Origin: an uncultured Gemmatimonadaceae bacterium
GTDB lineage: Bacteria; Gemmatimonadota; Gemmatimonadetes; Gemmatimonadales; Gemmatimonadaceae
Direction of reading: 5' to 3'
Assembly: GCA_963829055.1 (NCBI GenBank)
Contig: CAWHHI010000003.1
Coordinates: forward strand, 320,001-384,000
DNA: 64,000 bases
The notes under the pieces are model-generated. The model did no database searches. It had not been told where the DNA came from and saw nothing but the letters and a program-made list of their open reading frames with translations. This document shows, piece by piece, positions 57,144 to 64,000 of this stretch; the stretch's first letter is position 1; every line of letters starts with the position of its first letter. The position numbers and the translations under genes were made by a program.

Positions 57144-58469
57144 ATGAAACTTCGACTGCTGATGCCGGCCGTGCTGCTCGTCGCCGCCGCCGGATGCGAT
57201 TCCGCCCTCACGACCGACCCCGTCGACCGCGTTCCGGCCGAACAGGCGATCGTCGACGCGCCCACCGCACGCGCTGCTCTCGTCGGCGCGTACGACGCGC
57301 TTCAGAGCCTGAGCTACTACGGGCGCACGTTCCAGGTCCTTGGCGATCTCTCCGCCGACAACGCCGAGCACGTCGGCACCTTTCAGTACCTCGGCCAGGT
57401 GGACCGCAACCAGCTCCAGGCCGACAACACCGCCGTCACGAACGTCTGGATCGCCATCTACGATGCGGTGGCGCGCGTCAACCTGATCCTGCGCGAGGTG
57501 CCTAACGTCCCTGGCCTCACCGCCGCCCAGAAGAACCAGATCCTCGGCGAGGCCCACTTTCTGCGCGCGCTCCACTATCACAACCTCGTGAAGTTCTGGG
57601 GCGACGTTCCCATGCCGCTCGAGCCGCTCGAGAGCCCGGCCGAAGCAGCGCAGCTGACGCGCACGCCCAAGGCGCAGGTGTACACCCAGATCCTGAGCGA
57701 CCTGACGCAGGCCGAGCAGCTCATGACCACGGCCAAGCAGGCGCGTCAGGCGTCACTGGGTGCCGCACGAGCGCTCCGCGCGCGTGTCATGCTGTACATG
57801 GAGAATTATCAGGGTGCGCTCGACGCCGCGAACACGGTCCAGGCGATGAGCTACTCCCTCGCTCCGGCGTTCGAGTCCCTCTTCACGGATGAAGGAACCG
57901 ACACGCCGGAAGACGTCTTCCGCGTGAGCTTCACGGCCACCGAGTACAACGAGATGGGCTACTACTATCTCTTCGACGGCCGGTGGGAAGTCGCCCCGAC
58001 CGCCAACCTGTACGCGGCCTACAGCGCCACCGACGCTCGGCGCAGCCGCACCGTCGGGAAGGACGGCAGTGACTACGAGGGCACGAAGTTCCCGACGACG
58101 ATCGGTGCGGAAGACCTGCACGTGATCCGGTTCGCGGAAGTCGTGCTCACCAAGGCCGAGGCGCTCGCGCGGCTGAACCGCCTGCCGGAGGCGATCACGG
58201 AGTACAACAAGACCCGCGTTAGGGCCAAGCTCGCGCCACACGTCCTCGGCGTCGATGTCACGTCGCAGGCGGACGTGTTGAACGCGATCGCGAACGAGCG
58301 TCGCCTGGAGCTCGCGCTCGAAGGCGATCGGTTCCCCGATCTCGTTCGCACCGGGCGAGCCCTTGCGGTGCTCGGCCTGCCGGCGAATCGCGCGTTCCAG
58401 TTGCTGTATCCGATTCCGTCGCGTGAGCTGATCGTGTCGCCCGCGCTCACGCAGAACCCCGGCTACTGA
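57144..58469 (+). CDS. RagB/SusD-family lipoprotein
   Basis: Lipobox AAGC; GEAHFLRALHYHNLVKFWGDVP, IRFAEVVL..AEA, ERRLELALEGDRFPDLVR, QNPGY. Confidence 0.95.
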   Translation: MKLRLLMPAVLLVAAAGCDSALTTDPVDRVPAEQAIVDAPTARAALVGAYDALQSLSYYGRTFQVLGDLSADNAEHVGTFQYLGQVDRNQLQADNTAVTNVWIAIYDAVARVNLILREVPNVPGLTAAQKNQILGEAHFLRALHYHNLVKFWGDVPMPLEPLESPAEAAQLTRTPKAQVYTQILSDLTQAEQLMTTAKQARQASLGAARALRARVMLYMENYQGALDAANTVQAMSYSLAPAFESLFTDEGTDTPEDVFRVSFTATEYNEMGYYYLFDGRWEVAPTANLYAAYSATDARRSRTVGKDGSDYEGTKFPTTIGAEDLHVIRFAEVVLTKAEALARLNRLPEAITEYNKTRVRAKLAPHVLGVDVTSQADVLNAIANERRLELALEGDRFPDLVRTGRALAVLGLPANRAFQLLYPIPSRELIVSPALTQNPGY

Positions 58470-58478
58470 TTTCACGCG

Positions 58479-58608
58479 GTCATTCCGAGCGGCCTTGTCA
58501 TCCGAGCGAAGCGGCGCGAGTCGAGGAATCCTCGAGCTGTCCCGACAGAGGGCCTCTCTACCGGTATGAGCACGATTCCTCGACTCGCTATCGCTCGCTC
58601 GGAATGAC
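58479..58608. repeat. REP-like palindromic element (TTCC variant, duplicated left end)
   Basis: GTCATTCCGAGC..TGTCATCCGAGCGAAGC..GAGTCGAGGAATC ... GATTCCTCGACTCGC..CGCTCGGAATGACA. Confidence 0.85.
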
Positions 58609-58625
58609 ACGTGATCCCAATGGGG

Positions 58626-58667
58626 ACGACCCCGGCGGCCACAGGCCGCCGGGGTCGTTTCTTTGTT
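58626..58667 (+). terminator. Rho-independent terminator of susC-susD
   Basis: Perfect 15-bp stem ACGACCCCGGCGGCC-ACA-GGCCGCCGGGGTCGT followed by TTCTTTGTT. Confidence 0.85.
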
Positions 58668-58763
58668 GCTTCAGACGCGGCGCCGTGTCGATGCGAGTGC
58701 GCGATCCGATAGCTTCCGGGTCATCAGTTCGATCGTTGTTCAGCCGTTCGGTCGCAGATCTGG

Positions 58764-59423
58764 ATGATGACCGTCGCCAGCCCGCCAATCGTTCTGCTCC
58801 ACGGCCTCGGCCGCACGCGCCATTCGCTGTGGCCGGTTGCTCGCGAGGCCGCGCGGCGAGGCTATCGCGTACACAACTTCGGCTACCCCTCGCGACGCGC
58901 GCCGATCGAGCAACTCGCCGAGACCGTCGGACGGCGCATCACCGAGATCGCCACCACAGGGATCGTCGACGTCGTCACGCACTCGATGGGCGGAATCATC
59001 ATCCGGGCGGCCGTCGCCTTCGGCGCGCTACCCGCCGAGGCCGTCCGGCGCGTCGTGATGCTCGCGCCGCCTAACCATGGCAGCGAGCTCGCCGATCGAC
59101 TCCGGGATTTCCGAGCCTATCGCCTCGCCACCGGGCCGGCCGGCCAGCAGATCGGCACGAATGATGACAGTGTTCCACGACGCCTGCCTCCACCGCCGTT
59201 CGAGGTCGGCATCATCGCCGGCCGGCGAAGCACGAACCCACTCTTCTCCCACCTCCTCGGCGCGGAGGGCGATGGCAAGGTGACCGTGGAGAGTACGCGC
59301 CTCGAGGGCATGCGCGAGATCGTCGTCGTGGATCGCTCACACACGTTCATCATGTGGGCACCGGATGTGCTCGCCCATACGTTTGCCTTCCTCGAGAATG
59401 GACGGTTCGCAACGGACGTGTGA
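58764..59423 (+). CDS. Alpha/beta hydrolase (lipase/esterase-like)
   Basis: LLHGLG, VTHSMGG, LAPPNHGS, DGKV, HTFIM. Confidence 0.9.
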   Translation: MMTVASPPIVLLHGLGRTRHSLWPVAREAARRGYRVHNFGYPSRRAPIEQLAETVGRRITEIATTGIVDVVTHSMGGIIIRAAVAFGALPAEAVRRVVMLAPPNHGSELADRLRDFRAYRLATGPAGQQIGTNDDSVPRRLPPPPFEVGIIAGRRSTNPLFSHLLGAEGDGKVTVESTRLEGMREIVVVDRSHTFIMWAPDVLAHTFAFLENGRFATDV

Positions 59424-59890
59424 TGACCCTGCTCACGATGACGCTGCTCGAGGACACTGGTGTTCTGCGAGAGCGCGACCTCTGGCTCGAGCTGCGCGCC
59501 CGGGAGCCGGCCTATCCCCCGCGCGGCTGGGTGCCCGCCTATCGGTTCGCCATGCGCCTCGACGGAGTCGATGAGGCCGTGGGCCGACTCAGCTTTCGCG
59601 TGGGAAGCACCCACACGATCGAGCACTACGCCGGCCACATCGGCTACGAGGTGACGCCGGAGTTTCGCGGGGCTCGTCTTGCGGAGCGCTCGTGCCGTCT
59701 CGTGCTGCCGCTCGCGCGGCGCCATGGCTTTCGTGAGCTGTGGATCACGTGTAACCCGGACAACCTGCCGTCGCGGCGCACGTGCGAGCGACTCGGCGCC
59801 GAGTTGGTCGATATCGTCAATGTCCCCCGTGACAACAATGTGTACGGTCCGGGGAGTGAGCGCAAATGCCGCTATCGGCTGACGCTGTGA
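59423..59890 (+). CDS. GNAT-family acetyltransferase
   Basis: AGHIGYEVTPEFRG, WITCNPDNLPSRRTCERLGA. Confidence 0.88.
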   Translation: MTLLTMTLLEDTGVLRERDLWLELRAREPAYPPRGWVPAYRFAMRLDGVDEAVGRLSFRVGSTHTIEHYAGHIGYEVTPEFRGARLAERSCRLVLPLARRHGFRELWITCNPDNLPSRRTCERLGAELVDIVNVPRDNNVYGPGSERKCRYRLTL

Positions 59891-59936
59891 TGCGCGATCC
59901 GCGGTCACGTTAGGCAACCGCTCCTTACAAGCGCCT

Positions 59937-60296
59937 GTGGCCCGAACGTTTCTCGAATCGGCACTGGGAAGCACGCTGCCGTCGTTCACGTCCGAGTGGG
60001 CGGCGCTCCGGCGGACGTATCCTCCCACATCTCCACCCACCGACGCCGATTTTCTCGCGGCGCTGCGTGCGCACGTGCTGCGGTTGCTCGGTGAAGGCCG
60101 CGTCGCGGAGACGACGCGGTTCTTCTACGCGCTCGAGCGGCTGCTCGAGGAGGCGGACCCAATTCTGCACGAGTTGATCGCGCGCGATCTCGTCGCCGCG
60201 CTCGCCACCGAGTGTCGGCTCGCGGCGATCGACGCGCGTCGTGTCGAGCCCTACCTCGGGACGCGCACCCGCGCAGCGTGGATGAACACGGCGTGA
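59937..60296 (+). CDS. Hypothetical alpha-helical protein
   Basis: 119-aa ORF (RFFYALERLLEEAD..YLGTRTRAAW) following the GNAT gene. Confidence 0.6.
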   Translation: MARTFLESALGSTLPSFTSEWAALRRTYPPTSPPTDADFLAALRAHVLRLLGEGRVAETTRFFYALERLLEEADPILHELIARDLVAALATECRLAAIDARRVEPYLGTRTRAAWMNTA

Positions 60297-60303
60297 CAAC
60301 TAC

Positions 60304-60406
60304 GTCATCCCGAGCGCTCAGCGAGGGACCTTCTGTGACGCATTCGTGCCGGACGGCCACGATCACGTCCGAGGGGCTCCTTCGCTGACGGCCTCGTCGG
60401 ATGACA
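60304..60406. repeat. REP-like palindromic element (degenerate)
   Basis: GTCATCCCGAGCGCTCAGCGAGGGACC ... CCTTCGCTGACG..TCGGATGACA between convergent genes. Confidence 0.75.
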
Positions 60407-60450
60407 CGCTTTTTCCCCGTCCGCTCCGCCCTCCGAAGGCCGTCCTTCAG

Positions 60451-63186
60451 CTATTCCCGCAACGCAATGATCGGGTCCACACGCGTGGCCCGCACCGCCG
60501 GAATCAACGTCGCCAACACGCCAGCCACGCCGACTACCGCCACGATCACCACGTACGTCGGCACGTCGGTGCGCTGGACGCCGTACAGGAAGTTCGACAG
60601 CAGCCGCGTCGCCGCGAACGCCCCACCGACCCCGATCACGAGCCCGGCCACCGTCAACACCACGCCCTGCCGGACCACCAGCGCCAGCACCGACGACGGC
60701 TGCGCGCCGATGGCCATCCGTACGCCGAACTCCCGCCTGCGCTGCGTCACGAGATACGCCAGCACGCCGTAGACGCCTAACGCGGCAAGCAGCGCGGCGG
60801 CGAGCCCGAAGCCGGACAGCAGCATCGTCACGAACCGCGTGCCCGACGCCGCCCGCGCCACCATCTCGTCACCAGTCGCCACTCCGTACACCGCGATCGT
60901 CGGATCCGTTTCGGTGATCGCCCGGCGGATCGCCGGCATCGTCTCCGCGGGGCTGGTACGCGTCCGCGCGACGATCACCGACCCGCCAGGCGCCGAGAAC
61001 TGGCCAGCGTCGTAGTAGACGGCCGGCCGAGAAGGGGCGTCGATCGCCTCGTACTTCACGTCCGCGACGACGCCCACGACTTCCATGGGCGGGGTCGAGT
61101 CTCCCAACGTCGAGAGCCGGCGGCCAATGGGAGATTGCCCCCGCCAGAGGAGACGCGCCGCCGACTCGTTCACGATGACCGCCGTCGGCCGGCCCGGTGC
61201 CTCGCGCGAGTCGAACACACGCCCACGCCGCAACGGCACGCGCAGCGTGCGCAGGAAATCACGCGAAACGACGTGAATCTCCATCGGCGGGTACTCGCCA
61301 CGCGTCGTCGCACGTGAGTCCACTCGCGACACCGGCATGAAGACACAGTCGCTGCCGAGTGGCGGACAGTTCGACGAAGCGGCGGACTCCATGCCGGGCA
61401 GTGCCGCGATCCGCGCGACCATCTCCGCGCGGCGGTCCGGCGTCGCGAGCGTTGAGTCACCGCCCGACAGCCGGAGTGTCACGAGATGGTCCGCGGCGAA
61501 TCCGATGTCGCTCGCGAGCAACGCGCGGAAGCTGCGCACCATGAGACCCGCGCCGACCAGCAACGCCGTCGCGAGTCCCACCTGTCCGATGACCAGCAGG
61601 CGACGGCCGCGAGCCCGTGTCGTTCCGCCTCTGCTACCCGCGACTTTGATGATGTCCGCGATGTTCGTCCGCGACGCGGCGAGCGCGGGCGCGGCGCCGA
61701 ACAGCATGCCCACGGCCAGGGTCAGCACGGTCACGAACGCCAGGACGCGCCAGTCGGGCGCGAGCGAGACGCCCTGCAGGATATCCACGTTGCGAAGCAG
61801 CACGAAGTTGGGCGGCAGCGTCGGTCGAACGCGCGCCAGCGCGGCCGCGCCGCCGTAGGCGATCAGCACGCCCGGAATCCCGCCGGCGAGCGCCAGCACG
61901 ACGCTCTCGGTGAGCATCTGCCTAACGAGCCTGCCGCGGCCGGCACCGAGCGCGATGCGCACTCCCATCTCGGACTCACGGGCGCGGGCGCGGGCCAGCA
62001 ACAACCCGGCGAGGTTCGCGCACACGATCAGCAACACGCCCCCTACCGCGATCGAGAGCACCGTCAGCAGCGGACGGATCAGCGGGTGACGCCTCGCCTC
62101 GGCGAAGCCGACCACGCCGCCACTCCACTCCGCCTTCCGACTGCCGAACGCCGGCGGCGGGAAGATCGCGTTCAGAGCCCGGGCGGCGGTCTTGATTTGA
62201 GCGTTCGCGGTCGCGAGCGACGCGTTAGGCGCGAGACGTGCGACCACGGCGCCCATCTCGTTCGCCATCTGCTCGCGCCGCTCTCGCGGGCCCAACTCGG
62301 CGAGCGCCTTGATCGGCACCCACATCTCCGCGCTCTCGCGAATGCCGGTGAAGCTCGCCGGCATGACGCCGATGATCGTCACGGGCAGCTTGTCCAGAAC
62401 GGCGGTCGTCCCGATCACGGCGGTGTCGCCGCCGAAGTGTCGCCGCCAGAGCGGCTCGGACAATACCGCGACGGCGCCCGACGCCGATGGCATCGAGTCG
62501 GCCGCGGCAATGGTGCGGCCAATGAGAGCCCGCGCCCCGAGCGTCGAGAACAGACTCGTAGTCACGAGTTCCGCCCGCACGCGCTCCGCTGATTGCGCGG
62601 GCGCGCCGGCCGGGAGCCCGGTGCGTCGGAGGTTGTACTCGTCCCAGCTCGAGAAGCCGGCGTCCGCGAAGGCAGGGACCATCTCGCGCAGCCGGACGTA
62701 CTTGTTGTACGTCCACGGCATGGAGTCCACGGCGAAGAAGAAGCCGGGCGTGACCGTCTGGGCTGTGACCACCAACCGCTCGGCGGCCGGAAACGGGAGC
62801 GGCCGGAGGAGGATGACGTTCACGAGCGTGAAGACCGCCGTTGTGGCCCCGATACCTAACGCGAGCGACGTAATGGCGACGGCGGTGAACGCTGGTGCCT
62901 GGCGGAGCGACCGGAGCGCGTAGCGCGCGTCCTGTATCGCCGCCTCGACCCACCCGACAGCCATCACGTCGCCGGTCTGGTCCCGCAATCGCGCCGCGTT
63001 GCCGAACTGGCGACGCGCGGCCCACGCCGCCTCGTCCGCGCTCATGCCGGCTTGCTCGTGGTCCCGTGCATTCATCTCGACGTGGAACCGCATTTCCTCG
63101 GCGAGCTCGCGCTCGAAGCGCTCGCGGTTGAGATAGAATCGGATGCGGCGCGCGAGCTCGGCCACGTACTCAATCGGGTTTCGCAT
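60451..63186 (-). CDS. ADOP-family duplicated permease (intact)
   Basis: ELAEEMRFHVEM, QDARYALRSLR, LALGIGATTAVF, LIVCANLAGLLLAR, RRREFGVRMAIGA. Confidence 0.95.
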   Translation of the reverse strand: MRNPIEYVAELARRIRFYLNRERFERELAEEMRFHVEMNARDHEQAGMSADEAAWAARRQFGNAARLRDQTGDVMAVGWVEAAIQDARYALRSLRQAPAFTAVAITSLALGIGATTAVFTLVNVILLRPLPFPAAERLVVTAQTVTPGFFFAVDSMPWTYNKYVRLREMVPAFADAGFSSWDEYNLRRTGLPAGAPAQSAERVRAELVTTSLFSTLGARALIGRTIAAADSMPSASGAVAVLSEPLWRRHFGGDTAVIGTTAVLDKLPVTIIGVMPASFTGIRESAEMWVPIKALAELGPRERREQMANEMGAVVARLAPNASLATANAQIKTAARALNAIFPPPAFGSRKAEWSGGVVGFAEARRHPLIRPLLTVLSIAVGGVLLIVCANLAGLLLARARARESEMGVRIALGAGRGRLVRQMLTESVVLALAGGIPGVLIAYGGAAALARVRPTLPPNFVLLRNVDILQGVSLAPDWRVLAFVTVLTLAVGMLFGAAPALAASRTNIADIIKVAGSRGGTTRARGRRLLVIGQVGLATALLVGAGLMVRSFRALLASDIGFAADHLVTLRLSGGDSTLATPDRRAEMVARIAALPGMESAASSNCPPLGSDCVFMPVSRVDSRATTRGEYPPMEIHVVSRDFLRTLRVPLRRGRVFDSREAPGRPTAVIVNESAARLLWRGQSPIGRRLSTLGDSTPPMEVVGVVADVKYEAIDAPSRPAVYYDAGQFSAPGGSVIVARTRTSPAETMPAIRRAITETDPTIAVYGVATGDEMVARAASGTRFVTMLLSGFGLAAALLAALGVYGVLAYLVTQRRREFGVRMAIGAQPSSVLALVVRQGVVLTVAGLVIGVGGAFAATRLLSNFLYGVQRTDVPTYVVIVAVVGVAGVLATLIPAVRATRVDPIIALRE

Positions 63187-63522
63187 TCAGGTCGTCCCCA
63201 TGACGCGTTGAATGGCCACCAACAATCGGTCGAAGTCCGCCACTTCCTGCGCGAGCTGCTTCTTCCCGAGCGGCGTCAGCTTGTAGTAGCGCGCGCGGCG
63301 CTTGGTCGGCGTCTGTCCCCACTCCGATGACACCCATCCCTTGAGCTGCATCCGCTGCAGCGCGGGATAGAGCGAGCCCTCCTCCACCTGGAGCACGTCC
63401 TGCGAGAGCTGCTGCAGATGCTGAGCGATCCCGTACCCGTGCATCGGGGCGATCGTGAGCGTCTTGAGGATCAGCATCTCGAGCGTCCCGGGCAGGATCT
63501 CGCTGCGTTCGTTCTTTGCCAT
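63187..63522 (-). CDS. PadR-family transcriptional regulator
   Basis: EILPGTLEMLILKTL..MHGYGIAQHL..EEGSLYPALQRM..EWGQTPTKRRARYYKLT. Confidence 0.95.
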   Translation of the reverse strand: MAKNERSEILPGTLEMLILKTLTIAPMHGYGIAQHLQQLSQDVLQVEEGSLYPALQRMQLKGWVSSEWGQTPTKRRARYYKLTPLGKKQLAQEVADFDRLLVAIQRVMGTT

Positions 63523-63550
63523 AGATAGTCTATAGGTAGTCTGTCTATGG
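63518..63550. promoter_or_regulatory. Candidate PadR operator overlapping the padR start codon
   Basis: GCC-ATAGA-TAG-TCTAT-AGG (63518-63536) inside a larger CCATAGATAG...CTGTCTATGG inverted repeat; locally AT-rich. Confidence 0.6.
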
Positions 63551-63671
63551 TAGAACACCGTGCCGCCACCGTCAAGAGCGGCCTCCTGCTACGTCGCGCG
63601 ACGTATGCCTCGTCGCGCCGCGAGGTTGTACCCTCACGTCGACGCTCACGCCGACGCTCACGGAGACTCCC

Positions 63672-64000
63672 ATGACCTCTCGATCTGCCGCCACCGTACT
63701 CGCACTGTGCCTGGCAAGTGGCTGCCTTCCTTACACTGTCGGGTCCACGGCGCGAACGCTGCCCGCCGGACAGTCGACCAAGGCGGCCATCGTCTATTAC
63801 ATCCCCGACGCGGTCGACGTCCTCGGCGATTCGGTGTCGGCCCCCATGCGCGGCACTGACCTCGAGCTCCGCTACGGCCTCGATGACAAGTCGGACCTCG
63901 GCGTCCGCTTACCCTCTTACAGCGGCGCCGTGTTCACGTACAAGCGACGGCTCGCTGGCACCTCAGCGCCGGAGAGCGGTGCTGTCTCCGTCATGGCCGG
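63672..64000 (+). CDS. Hypothetical lipoprotein, 5' part (runs off the window)
   Basis: MTSRSAATVLALCLASGCLPYTVGSTARTLPAG..., open to the window end; GGAG RBS. Confidence 0.7.
   Translation, partial: MTSRSAATVLALCLASGCLPYTVGSTARTLPAGQSTKAAIVYYIPDAVDVLGDSVSAPMRGTDLELRYGLDDKSDLGVRLPSYSGAVFTYKRRLAGTSAPESGAVSVMA

Noticed and set aside
308..62861. TTAGGC as a telomeric repeat or eukaryotic contamination
   Set aside because: Copies are single, dispersed and embedded in bacterial coding frames, never tandem.

Overview
GC-rich (about 70% by eye) bacterial chromosomal window. The gene content (six ADOP-type MacB/FtsX permeases, three acidobacterial-type PadR regulators, a SusC/SusD pair, tricorn protease) suggests Gemmatimonadota or a similar soil lineage; this is an inference. 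Many genes between about 4 and 57 kb carry 1-bp frameshifts that look like long-read indel errors, so several CDS boundaries were rebuilt by hand across frames. The main find is a compact, tightly coupled minus-strand biosynthetic operon (28.3-34.1 kb) that I cannot match to a characterised pathway. It encodes a KAS III-like condensing enzyme, a thioester-reductase SDR, an ACP fused to a SerRS-like amino acid:carrier-protein ligase, a SAM methyltransferase, a ferritin-like diiron protein and a second diiron protein apparently fused to an ACP, with a divergent SRPBCC gene and alpha/beta hydrolase. A second window-wide signal is the non-palindromic motif GCCTAAC/GTTAGGC, iterated roughly once per kb on both strands and written into coding sequence with rare codons. 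Also present: a REP-like palindrome family (two copies translated inside proteins), several MITE-like inverted-repeat elements, 19-bp PadR operator candidates, gene remnants and a solo PD-(D/E)XK nuclease candidate. No rRNA, tRNA, CRISPR array or transposase was recognised.
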